Of a stretch of DNA of 64,000 nt, positions 37,331 through 49,552 are shown piece by piece. The DNA lies in NCBI GenBank assembly GCA_977017645.1, contig OZ360247.1, forward strand, positions 12,028,001 to 12,092,000. Direction: 5' to 3'. This DNA comes from Torpedo marmorata. Lineage: Eukaryota. Position numbers and translations under genes: made by a program. Position 1 is the first letter of the stretch. Every line of letters begins with the position of its first letter. A model generated the notes under the pieces. It did no database searches. It was given only the letters and a program-made list of their open reading frames with translations, and was not told the origin of the DNA.

Positions 37331-38419
37331 TGCAAATAACTGGTGAAGTCGTTCTGTTTCCCAACCCATCCATCCTCCCACCCCTCCCTCTGCCTTTCCC
37401 CTCTCCCCCACCCTTCCTATTTCTCCATGCTTTCCTCCTCAGCCTGGCAGGCCCTTCCCAGTACCTTCCTCCCAACTCATCTTGGTCCGAACAGTCTCCT
37501 GGTTCTTGGAACTTGCTGGCAGCATACCATGAGCAGTGAACCTCACAAAGACTGAGAGGCCCATTCCTTAGATATTAAATGCAGCATCTTCTGTACAAGT
37601 CGTGGAACCATGCAACACAAGGCCAAGTCACATGACCATGCTCCTTGGAATACTTCCAACCAGAACTGACAAGCCCACACATCAGTATCCCACAAACAGC
37701 AATCAATTACTTCAGAGAGCTTGACTAATAAATGTTGGCATGCTGTTTGATTCTGTCTTCCCAGACCTCACAACATCGCAGCACCATTCCTACAGATCAG
37801 ATTAACAGAGTGGTTGCAACCCCACATCCTATATTCCGACTCCAATTCTCAAAACGTCCATTAATTTGATGTTTGCATTTGCAACACTTCCTCCCTGGAA
37901 AGTCCCAGCTTTGAGCCTCACATCGTCACCAGTTTCAAACTGCGCCAAATCGGCAATACATTCCTTAACTAGTTCCCACCACTATTCCATTGCTGACCAG
38001 TACCACAGGAGGGTTGGGAACCCTTGGAAAGGCTCGACAAGACATGAAGACAATTTCTGAACGGGCAACGAACCACAGACACTAGCCCATCTTCTCTTCT
38101 ATTGCACTAATTTATTTATTTTTAAATGTAATTTATAGCAATGTAATTCTGCCGCAAGTCACTGAACTTCATGACATGTTCTTGACAATGAATTCTGGTT
38201 TTGATTCTGAAGTGTCAGCAGCCCGAAGCAGCTTTAGCATGCAAATAGGGCATTGTTACAATTGTCATGGGGGATTTCAACGTGCAGGTTGACTGGGAAA
38301 ACCAGGTTGGTACTGGATTCCAAGAGAAGGAATTTATCAAATAGATTCAGGAAAATAAAAAATACAAGCTTATGGTATACTGGTCTTCATTAGTCGGAGG
38401 ATTGAGTTCAAGAGTCCAC

Positions 38420-38735
38420 ATCACCTAGCACATCTGTTCTCACTGCTACCATCAGGAAAGAGGTATAGGCGCCACAAGACTCACACCACCAGGTTCAGGA
38501 ACAGCTGCTACCCTCCACCATTAGACTCCTCAACGACAAACTCAATCAGGGACTCATTTAAAGACTCTTACTTTTGCACTTTATTGATTTTTTCTCTCTC
38601 TGTATTGCACAGTTTACATTTCTTTATTTGTTTACATGTGTATGTTGAGTACAGTTTTTTTGCACTGCCAATAAGTGGCAATTCTGCTCACCCGCAGGAA
38701 AAAGAATTTCAGGGTTGTATGTAATGTCATGTATG
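38420..38735 (+). mobile_element. Rex1/Babar-type LINE 3' fragment
   Basis: Encodes HLFSLLPSGKRYR...TTRFRNSCYP. Tail as at 22959. Confidence 0.7.
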
Positions 38736-39073
38736 TACCGTATTTTCACTCATATAACGCGCACACGCATATAACTCGCACACACATATAACGCGCGGGT
38801 GTAGTATTCTAAATTCCGACTGACAAAAGCAATTTGCATTTAATTGGGACATGAGACAAACACATTCCATAGTCCCAGTATCTGCCAGTTAATCTCCCCA
38901 AATTTACACCCATTCAACTTCCCCCAGCAGTGTAAATTGCTCATTATATAGATGATATCCTCCTGCAACACATTAACAAGCTTTGGAGAGGAATCAATTA
39001 AATAGATCGAAGACAGGCTTCAGAGTTAAGCAGGATTTAATTCTGTCATGATTTAAAAAGCCTTTCTTTAAAA

Positions 39074-39448
39074 CAGTGATTTTCAAACTGCCCCCCTAAA
39101 CTCACATTCCACCTTAAGCAATCCCAATGCCATAAGTGCTCTGTGATTAGTAAGGGATTGCTTAAGGTGGTATGTGAGTGGAAAGAAAAAGTTTGAAAAC
39201 CACTGTTTTAATTGTACCTAATTGACTCGTTATGTGCACGGTTTCATAACTACAAAGGAAATGGGCCAATGACAATTTTTCTCAAGCAAAATATTTCAGT
39301 AACAATTGGGTCTAGAGCAGTGGTCCTCAACCTTCCCTTCCCACTCACATACCACCTTAAGCAATCCCTTACTAATCACAGAGCACTTATGGCATAGGGA
39401 TTGCTTAAGGTGGAATGTGAGTTTAGGGGGGCAGTTTGAAAACCACTG
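39074..39448. mobile_element. Composite hAT MITE
   Basis: CAGTG...CACTG termini and 8-bp TSD CTTTAAAA. The empty site is visible in the duplicated segment at 41403. Confidence 0.9.
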
Positions 39449-39861
39449 CTTTAAAATAAACCTTAACTTGTTAAAAATAGTGTGCAATTGAGAAATTTAT
39501 GATTTGATTTGATGTAATGAGGATGATTAAACTGATGCCATAGGGCAGAATCATCCTAATGTTGTCTCAGATCAGAGGCACTTGATATGTTAATCTCCTC
39601 CCTCAGGGGACGGGTCTGGGCAATTAACATTGATAAGGTGCAGTGCCCCAGCCAGAATATCCTGTTTCTCAAAATACCATGGCACTCAGGCCAAAGAGAT
39701 ATTCCCAAAATCAAAATTTTGAATTTTGCCATTTTGTATGTACCCAATTCCCACGCTCGCTATAAATTGTACGTGTTCTTTCATTGCCACTATTGCATTC
39801 CCACGCTCGCTATAAATTGAGCGCGTTCTTTCATTGCCGCTATTACATTCCCATTATAGCT

Positions 39862-41268
39862 GCAAGCCTACACAGGCAAGACCCCTCATCTCTTCCTCCG
39901 TTATATCAACGCCAACATCGGGGCTGCCTCATGCACCCGCGATGAGCTTGTCAACTTCCACCCCGATCTCAAACTCACCTGGTCCATCTCCGATAACACT
40001 CTCCCCTTCCTGGATCTCTCTGTCTCCATCTCGGGAGACAAGCTTTCCACCGACATTTACTACAAACCCTCCAACTCCCACAACTATCTGGACTACACTT
40101 CCTCACACCCTGTCCCCTGCAAGGATTCCATCCCCTTCTCTCAATTTCTCCGTCTCCGCCGCATCTGTTCCCAAGATGAGGTCTTCCAGTCCAGATCTTC
40201 TGAAATGTCTGCCTTCTTCCACAAACGTGGCTTCCCCTCCACCACCATCAACTCAGCCCTCACCCTCATCTCCTCCATTTCCCGCTCATCTGCCCTGGCC
40301 CCCTCTGCCCCCAGGCGCAACAAACATAGAATCCCCCTCATCCTCACCTACCACCCCACCAGCATCTGCATCCAACACATTTTCCGCCGGAATTTCCGGC
40401 ACTTACTACAGGATCCCATCACCAGACACAGTTTTCCTTCTCCTCCCCTCTCGGCCTTCCGCAGGGACCGCTCCCTCCGCGATTCCCTCGTGCACTCATC
40501 CCTCCCCACCCACCGCACCCCCGGCACCTTCCCCTGTGCCCGCAGGAGGTGCAACACCTGCGCCCACACCTCCCCCCTCACCACGGTCCGGGCCCCAAAC
40601 AGGCCTTTCAAGTGAAACTACACTTCACTTGTACATCCAGAGAACTTATTTACTGCATCCGGTGCTCCCTTTGTGGCTTTCTCTACATCGGAGAGACCGG
40701 TCGTAGATTGGGAGATCGCTTTGCTGAGCACCTCCTCTCCGTCCACAACAACAGCGACCTCCCGGTAGCCAGCCATTTCAATTCCGAGTCACACTCCCAC
40801 ACTCACAGGTCTGTCCATGGCCTTATGTACTATACCACCCAGACTACCCGCAAATTGGAGGAACAACATCTCATATTCCGTCTCGGCACTCTCCAGCCAG
40901 ATGCCATTAACATTGACTTTTCTGCTTTCCACTAAACCTGCTTGTCTTTTCCTTCCCCTCCCCCTCACCTGTCCTTCCTGTTTTTTTTCCACCCACCCAG
41001 CCATCCCTCCTCCCCCTCTTTGCTGCTGTCCCCTCCCTCCTTTCTCCACCTATCATCTCCTGCCTTTGCCAACCCCCCCTCTTCCCCCCCACACTCTTTT
41101 GTTCTGCCAGCATTTTCTCATACTTTGATGAAGGGCTCAAGCCCGAAACGTCGGTTATGTATTTCTACCTTTGCTACATAAAAGACACTGTTTGACCTGC
41201 TGAGTTTTTCCAGCATTTGTGTTTTTTACTTCAACCACGGTGTCTACAGATTTTTGTGTTTTACTTTA
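39862..41268 (+). mobile_element. Penelope-like element, 5'-truncated (RT C-terminus, GIY-YIG endonuclease, pLTR)
   Basis: PFLDLSV...DIYYKP...HP...IPFSQFLRLRRICS, then IYCIRCSLCGFLYIGETGRRLGDRFAEH. pLTR carries a hammerhead-like motif. Confidence 0.9.
41119..41159 (+). ncRNA. Minimal hammerhead ribozyme-like motif
   Basis: CATACT-TTGATGA-A-GGGC TCAA GCCC-GAAAC-GTC-GGTTATG: UGAUGA and GAAA cores, 4-bp helix II, palindromic ACGT helix III. U replaces the usual C at core position 3. Confidence 0.6.
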
Positions 41269-41699
41269 CAGCTATAAATTGAGCGTGTTCTTTCATTGCC
41301 GCTATTACATTCCGACGCTAGCTTTAAATTGTGCACGTTCTTTCATGCGCAGGCTTCAGAGTTAAGCAGGATTTTAATTCTGTCATGATTTAATAAGCCT
41401 TTCTTTAAAAGAAACCTTATCTTGTTAAAAATAGTGTGCAATTGAGAAATTTATGGTTTGATTTGATGTAATGAGCATGATTAAACTGATGCCAGAGGGC
41501 AGAATCATCCTAATGTTGTCTCAGATCAGAGGCACTTGATATGTTAATCTCCTCCCTCAGGGGATGGGTCTGGTCAATTAACATTGATAAGGTGCAGTAC
41601 CCTTGCCAGAATATCCTGTTTCTCCGAATACCATGGCACTCAGGCCAAAGAGATATTCCCAAAATCAAAATTTTGAATTTTGCCATTTTGTATGTACCC

Positions 41700-41933
41700 A
41701 ATTCCCATGCTCGCTATAAATTGTACGTGTTCTTTCATTGCCGCTATTACATTCCCACGCTAGCTTTAAATTGTACGCGTTCTTTCATTGCCGCTATTAC
41801 ATTCCCACACTAGCTTTAAATTGTTCGCGTTCTTTCATTGCCGCTATTGCATTCCCATGCCCGCTATAAATTGCGCGCGTTCTTTCATTGCCGCTATTGC
41901 ATTCCCACGCCCGCTATAAATTGTGCGCGTTCT
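41700..41933 (+). repeat. ~49-bp minisatellite (ctataaattg..cgcgttctttcattgccgctatt.cattcccacgc)
   Basis: About 4-5 tandem units here, with further units at 39747-39855 and 41270-41346. Confidence 0.85.
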
Positions 41934-42045
41934 TGGGACATGAGACAAAACACATTCCATAGTCCCACTATCTGCCACAGTTAATCTCCCGCGATTTACA
42001 CCCATTCAACTCCCCCCAGATGTGTTAATCGCCCATTATATAGAT

Positions 42046-42417
42046 CAGTGGTTTTCAAACCTTTTCTTTCCACTCACATACCACCTTAAGTAATCCCTAG
42101 CCTAGCTCTGTGATTAGTAAGGGATTACTTAAAAGTGGTATGTAAGTGGAAAGAAAAAATTTGAAAACCACTGTTTTAATCGTACCTAATTGACTCGTTT
42201 ATGTGCACAGTTTCATAACTCCAAACGAAATGGGCCAATGACAATTTTTCTCAAGCAAAATATTTCAGTAACAATTGGGTCTAGAGCAGTGGTTCTCAAC
42301 CTTTTTTTCCCACTCACATACCACCTTAAGTAATCCCTTACTAATCACAGAGCACCTATAGCATAGGGATTACTTAAGGTGGTACGTGAGTGGAAAGAAA
42401 AAGTTTGAAAACCACTG
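42046..42417. mobile_element. Composite hAT MITE, copy 2
   Basis: Same two-arm plus core layout as 39074-39448. Confidence 0.85.
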
Positions 42418-43746
42418 ATCTAATTGGTTTAAATGTACTGGTCACAAAATATCCAATCTCGATAAAGGGTCCCAACCTGAAACATTGGCTGACTATTTCT
42501 ACCCATGGATGCTGCCTGACCTGCTGAGTTCCAGCAGCAGTTCTTTGTTTGCTCAAGATTCCAGCAACTACGTGCCTTTGTGTTTCTCTAAAGAGAACAA
42601 ATGACTGAGTGTGTGCACATGAGGCAGGAAACAAGAGATGTTGTGAAAGATAAACCAGAGAAGAACAAAGAGCAGGCAGGGGGACATAGTCAAGCTGAGT
42701 GAGATCTACCAGAGAGCAAATCGGGTCAAATAATTGGCAACTGTGACGAAGACTGGAAACGGAAATGATCCCATTCCCATCACCCAGCCGGGGAAACAAG
42801 GAAGGGGCCACCCTTGATTCCGCTTCCACTCCCGTTCCAGTGGTGTGATATTCACCCACTCAGCACCCTTCTCTCTCACACACACACTTTTCCCTTCTCT
42901 CGCTCTCTCCCTGTAGAACCTGAGCAAGGGTCAGTCTTCTCAGGAGAAAATACATTCTCATTTAGAAAAATCGATGTGCACTGTGCAGGGTTAATACCAC
43001 AAATACAACTCATTCTCTGCAGCGGAAACAATGGGCAGTTTGAAGAACCAGTGCATACAGAATCCAAAAATAGCTCTGGTTGCGTTTTGAACTCTGTATA
43101 TCAGCGACTTTGACCAGGCACTGTATCATCTCAAATCCGGCTGCAAACCGTCCTCCTCAACTGCCACTTCAAAATCAATGAGGTGAGAGATTGCTCAACA
43201 AAGGCAAAGGAGATTTAGTTCAACCATCCCTTAAATGAAACTGAATAGACATAGTCTTCCCAAATAGTTCAGACCAACCCCCCTCCCCGCACGCACACAC
43301 TTGTGGATGAGGAGCTGTGGGGAAAATTATAATATCTCCCCATGGCTTTTTTGATATTACTCCCAAGTCCCGATATTTTAGCTGTGCCTAGTAGAATAAA
43401 AACATGATTTGTATCACGTAACCACTGCACCGGCTTTGTAGAATCAAAACGTAATAAAAAAAAAACTACAAACAGCATTTGTTTCCAACTATTAACGTTA
43501 CGAAGGCAATTTTGTTCCAGCGTGCATATTGTGGCTCTTTGTGCTGATGTTGCAAATGCAGTTATGCAGAACGAGTGCATGAAATATCATCAGGGTATTT
43601 CAGTCAGTTACCTAGAGTCCCATACTCTGCTATATATACTCATTGCATTATTCACAGACAATTCCTCCTTGCGAGAACAACACTCCGGGGACAGAGGGAG
43701 ATTCGTGCTGTTTTAAAGCAAGGCTGGAATGTAAAGCAAGGCCCAT

Positions 43747-43988
43747 TTAGACATACATACAGCACGGTAACAGGCCCTTTCGGCCCACAAGCCCGTGCCG
43801 CCCAATTACACCCAATTGACCTTCAACCCCGGTACGTTTTTGAACGGTGGGAGGAAACCGGAGCACCTGGAGGAAACCTACGTAGACACGGGGAGAACGT
43901 ACAAACTCCTTACAGACTGCGCGGGATTCGAACCTCGGACCCGATCATTCGTGCTGTAACAGCGTTGTGCTAACTGCCACGCTAACCA
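43747..43988 (-). mobile_element. tRNA-derived SINE
   Basis: Same family as 4904-5147. Confidence 0.85.
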
Positions 43989-44566
43989 TGAGTTAAAGGC
44001 AGTTAGTTCTCGGCTGCGATCATACTTTAAATAAGAAATGAGAGGCTGGAGTCTGCTCTATTCAATCGCTGTGGACTTGTACATTGCCAGACGTTTATCA
44101 ACAACAGGCTGTCTGAGAGAAGCAGATTTGCATTTTAATTGAATTGATAAGCGATGCAATCAGAGCTTCCCCACCCATGGGTCTATGCTTTAACAGAACT
44201 AATGAAGAGAGAAGTTTACTACGAGTTTATTTAAAATTAACTGCAAGTGCATTTTATTTAGATGGCTGGCTCCAAACACAAGAGTGATCTTCGTGACATA
44301 TTTGGGTGCTTAAATGGGCAAGCCATCTCAATGTACACAAAGGAGACTGCAGATGCTGGAATCTGGAGCAAAAAAAACAATCCACTGGAGGAACTCAGCG
44401 GGTCGAGCAGCATCAGTGGGAGTAAAAGAATGGACAATGTTCTGGACCAAAATGTTAACCATTCTACTTCTCCCACTGATGCTGCTCGACCTGCTGAGTT
44501 TCTCCAGCGGATTGTTTTTTTGCCGAGTGTGCTTCTGATTGCATTATATTTAGGACAGCTCTTTTT

Positions 44567-44792
44567 TTTAGACATACAGCACGGTAACAGGCCATTTCGG
44601 CCCGTGCTGCCAAATTACACCCAATTGACCTACAGCCCCGGTACATTTTTTTTTGAAAGGTGAGAGGAAAACAGAGCACCCAGAGGAAACTCACGCAGAC
44701 ACGAGGAAAAGGTACCAACTCCTTAAAGACAGCGTGGGATTCGAACCCCGGTCCCAATCGTTGGTGCTGTAACAGCGTTGCGCTAACCGCTA
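44567..44792 (-). mobile_element. tRNA-derived SINE
   Basis: Same family as 4904-5147. Confidence 0.85.
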
Positions 44793-46471
44793 CACTAACT
44801 GTTGTTCATTCTGGAAGTTGGTGAAGGATCAGCTGCTGAGTTTGATGGCTCCACTCCTGCTCTGATCAAGTATGTGAGACGCAACACTTCTCCAGAAGGG
44901 GAATTAAAATGTGCCACTGAACCAGGAAACCATAACGTCACTACATTGCACACATCACAAGGAGAAAGAGAAGAGTGCACTCCTTTGCAAGAATGCAAGC
45001 TGTAAAATGCCTGACGTGGCTCTGTGGGTAGCCTCAGTGCAAGAAGGTTTTAGGTTCAAGTCCAACAACAGAGTCTATCTAGCCTGTCATACTGCCAGGG
45101 TTTAGTACAGAACAGGGAGAGACTTGTACCAACATGCTGTTATTGCTCAATTGAAACATGAAGCTGAGGCCCCATCAGTTCTAGTTCAGCTCGGATGGCC
45201 TAGACGAGAGTCCGTGATCGAGGCGTCGGGAGCTCCGGTGGGCGGGCGGCCAGGGCCAAAAATAGGGGAGGGGGGGTCGACTTTTACACAGGATATTATG
45301 GAAAATACCAGATATTTTGGCTAAAAATAGGGGGACCGACTTTTACATGGTATCAACTATTATAAGGTACTTCAAGTTTATTGTCACGTGGTGCAGTGAG
45401 AAAGTTGTTTTATGTGCAATCCAGATGGTCAATCTATACATAGAACATCAATAAAAATACAGTACAGAGTTAATGAGAGAAATCAGTTTGGAACAGAGCA
45501 AAGGCCACATGATTTTACTAATGCAAGTTTCATTGGGAGTCTGATAATGGCAGAAAAAAAAACATCCTTGGGAATCTGGTAGTGCATGATCTCACATTCG
45601 TGAATATTCTTCCCAAAGGAAGGAGGGAGAAGGGAGTGTGGCTGTGGTTCTTTCTGGTGGACATAGAGCTCCTCTGTGACACAATAAACTGCAGATGCTG
45701 AAATCTTGAGCAAACAGAAGCTAGAGGGACTCAGCAGACCAGGCAGCATCCGTGGAGGGAAATGGAGAGTTAACCCTTCAGGTGGAGACCCTTTATCAAG
45801 ATGGTCTCAATAAAGGGTCTCAACACGACTGTCCTTTCCTCTGCATGGATTCTTCCTGAAGTGCTGAGCCCCCACCCATCCCTCTCCCCCCACCTCCCAG
45901 TTTCTTTGCAGACACCAGCTGTGATATTTCAAACAGCAGGGGATTGGTCTGCCATTAACTACATCCCAACCACCCAGCACCAAAGAAACAACAACGAGGT
46001 ACTGGGGAGACTTAGCAGGGCAGGCAGCATCCGTGGAGAGAAATGGTCAGTCGGAACTCTTCGTCGAGTCTCAAAAAATGGTCCCAACCTGAAACGTTGA
46101 CTGACCATAACTCTCCGTGGATGCTCCTCCAGTCTCTCATAGTTTGATTGTAGATTCCATCATCTGCAGTTCTTTCGTTTCTGCAACAACCCACAAACAG
46201 CAAATAGCCTGCGTGTTGGATGGTGCAGTATTCAAATAGCCTGCGTTGCCACTGCCACAGTGACTATGCTATCAAAGAAATAGCCGTATGGTCCTTTCAA
46301 CTGGCAGGAGAGGGATACTCCACATTAACAAGCCTTTCTTCCTTTTTGCTCAACCCTTGGCAGAACTGGTACGCTTCAACGGCTCTTGGGAACGGGTAGA
46401 ATGGTGATGAGAGGAAAGCAAGCAACCCAACACCCTGCAAGAAGTCAGATACCAGAAGGTGAAATACTCAC

Positions 46472-46556
46472 TTGACTCTGCAACTTGCTTTGTTTCTTCA
46501 GACGCAGGTTTTCCGGAGTGTCTGCCACAGCGGTGAACGAAGATTTTGGGTAGTGC
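46472..46556 (-). CDS. LASP1: LASP1-like exon 3 (end of LIM linker, start of nebulin repeat 1), [28 protein letters not shown]
   Basis: 85-bp exon, acceptor ttttgcccag, donor gtgagt, phase 2 in and phase 0 out, so it joins 1442-1549 in frame. Matches recalled LASP1/LASP2 [28 protein letters not shown]. Confidence 0.9.
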
Positions 46557-47304
46557 CTGGGCAAAATAACAATGAAAACAAACACCTTTAGTTTCCATGG
46601 CTACATACACATTCCCAAAAGGCTTTGGTTAATTACCAGGGATTCCAGAATTACAAGAAGCTCTTCACCCACTTGGGTAGAGAACATTAAACACCCCGGC
46701 TGCACTCTTCCTTCAAAGAGCTAGCACAGGCACAAAGGGCCAAAAGTCATCACGAAGTGAGGTAATGGCAGGGATTTCAAGTCGGAATTCCTATGATTAA
46801 AATGGATTCCAGAATAATTGAATCAGGTTTGCATTATCTAAAATTTCAATTCTAGTCAGCAGCCTCCAATGTTCTTATACCTTCACCACCAAAGCCAAAC
46901 ACATAAACTAAACACCTCCATGAGAAATCTCAATAGATTTTCAAAATACAATGTAACTAAGGAACGTGGGAACAAGACACAAAAGTTCAGCCACAGCATA
47001 ATTAGGGCTTGAATTTCAATAATTAAAATTTAACAGAAGAATGTAAAAATTAGATGCAAGCGCAGGGAATTTAGCTATTTGAGTCTGCCCGGCCATTCAA
47101 CAGGACTATGCTGATTTTTAACCCCAGCACTAATTTCCTGCACGGTCCCCATTTCTCTTCATTCACATTACATCCAGAAATCTATCAACCTCTGTTTTCC
47201 ATGACCAAGCCTTTACTGCCCTCCAGGGCAGATAATTCCAAAGATTTGGCCACCCTGAGGTAGAAACCTGCCCTCACCTCAGTCCTAAATAGCCCATCCA
47301 TTAT

Positions 47305-47545
47305 TGGGCGGTGCGGTTAGTGTATAGGTTAGCGCAATGCTGCTGCAGCGCCAGCAACCCGCGTTCGAATCCCGCGCTGTCAGTAAGGAGTTTGTACGTT
47401 TTCCCTATGTCTGCATGGGTTTCCTCCGGGTGCTCAGGTTTCCTCCCTTCCTCCAAAAACATACGGAGATTGTAGGTTAACTGGCATATTTGGGCAGCAC
47501 TTGGATCATGGGCTGGAAGGGCCTGAGACCATGCTTTATGTCTAA
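47305..47545 (+). mobile_element. tRNA-derived SINE
   Basis: Same family as 4904-5147. Confidence 0.85.
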
Positions 47546-48393
47546 ATTAAAGAAACAACATAAATTAAAATTAAAGGATAAATAACGTCCACAACGCCAA
47601 GCACAAATCCCCAAGTTACTGCAAAAATTTGTGCCCTCATGAGAGAGCAACAAGCACCTCGGTATTTTACCTCAGCTTCTTGAGGTACTCTGGGGCTACT
47701 TTCAACTCGGGTGCTGTCTGTGCAGTTTGCACAATCTCCCCATGATTGCAGGGATTTTTATCCTTCATCCCAAGTGAACCAGTAGGGAAGTGAATTGACT
47801 ACTGTAAATTACCCTTTGGTGTAGGTGGGCGGTAGATGATTCAGTATAGAACTGATGGACGTGTGAGATTTTTTATTTAAAAAAAGGAGGGAATAGATTC
47901 CCATTGGACCTTCAAATTGGCCCGCAGAAAAAAGAATCTCAGGGTTTTATGTGATATCAAGTATGTACTCTGACAATAAATCTGAAATCTGAATCTGAAA
48001 TCTGAATAAAGGCAGAGCTTCCAAATACACCCAAGGGACTTAAAAGGGCCTCTGGTTTAATAATAAAGACAATAAATAGCAAGGACAGAGAACCTGATTG
48101 TTTCCAAGATAAGTGGTCTTACTGACAGACAAGTTTAGAGATAACAAGATCTCAAGTTCATTATCATCTGACTGTACAAATAGAACCTAAAGAAACAGCG
48201 TTTCTCTGAACCATGGTACACACACATACACACGCAGTAATAATAATCACCTATGTACATAAATATATAATTTAAATATATATACATATTTTGGGATAAT
48301 TTACTGGGTTACAGGATAGTGTTCATCAATCTCAGCCTGCGATAAGAAGCTATTTCCAAGCCTGGCAGTCCTGATTTTGATGCTCCTGTACCT

Positions 48394-49552
48394 CCTCCAC
48401 TCAGCTCTGGATCACCTCGAAAACAGTAATTCATACATACGGCTGCTCTTCATCGACTACAGCTCGGCCTTCAATACCATTATTCCCTCAGTGCTGGTCA
48501 AGAAACTACAAACTCTAGGCCTCTGTACCCCCCTCTGCAACTGGATCCTTGACTTTCTCATCGGAAGACCAGTCAGTACGAATTGGAAACAACGTCTCCT
48601 CCTCACTGATTATCAACACAGGCGCACCCCAAGGATGCGTGCTTAGTCCACTGCTCTACTCGTTATACACCAATGACTGTGTGGCCAGGCACAATTCCAA
48701 TGCCATCTACAAGTTTACTGATGACACCACAGTTGTCGGCAGAATCACAAACGGCAATGAGGAAGCGTACAGGAGGGAGATAGATCAGCTCGTTGAATAG
48801 TGTAATGGCAACAACATTGAGCTCAACGTCAGCAAAACCAAGGAGATGATTGTGGACTTCAGGAGGAAGTCAGGGGAACACGACCCAGTCCTCATCGAGG
48901 GCTCAGTAGTGGAGAAGGTCAAGAACTTCAAATTCCTGGGTGTCAACATCTCCGAGGATCTGTCCTGGAGCATCCACGTTGATGCAATCACAAAGAAGGC
49001 TCGTCAGCGGCTATACTTTGTGAGGTGTCTGCAGAGATTCGGTATGTCACCAAAGACTCTCATAAACTTCTACAGGTGTACCATGGAGAGCATTCTGGCT
49101 GGTTGCATCACTGCCTGGTATGGAGGCGCCAACTCCCAGGACAAGAGTAAACTCCAGAGGGTTGTTAACTCGGCCTGTGACATCACAGGCACCAAACTTC
49201 ACTCCATCGAGGACACCTACATGAGGCGGTGTCTTAAAAAAGCAGCCTCTATCCTCAAGGACCCCCACCACCCAGGCCATGCCCTCTTCACTCTGCTTCC
49301 ATCGGGAAAAAGGTACAGGAGCCTAAAGATGAGCACTCAACGGCACATGGACAGCTTCTTCCCCGCTGCCATCAGATTCCTGAATAATCAATGAACCAAA
49401 GACACTGCCTTACTTTTCGTGCACTATTGTTTATAATTTTTTATAGTAATGTTGTTAGATGGTTAATATGAATGTTAATTGCACTCTGATGCTGCCGCAA
49501 AACACCGATTTTCATGACTTGTTCATGACAATAAATTCTGATTCTGATTCTG
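48394..49552 (+). mobile_element. Rex1/Babar LINE, 5'-truncated (RT domain to tail)
   Basis: [41 protein letters not shown] and an (ATTCTG)n tail. Confidence 0.92.

Larger units (their letters stand above)
1550..46471 (-). other. 44.9-kb GT-AG intron of the LASP1-like gene
   Basis: Lies between two exons that are consecutive in LASP1/LASP2. Canonical splice sites and compatible phase. Confidence 0.8.

Noticed and set aside
39834-40706. 290-aa Ser/Pro/Thr-rich mucin-like ORF
   Set aside because: Alternative frame of the C-rich Penelope ORF.
41700-41933. CRISPR-like array
   Set aside because: Contiguous tandem units without unique spacers in eukaryotic DNA. It is a minisatellite.
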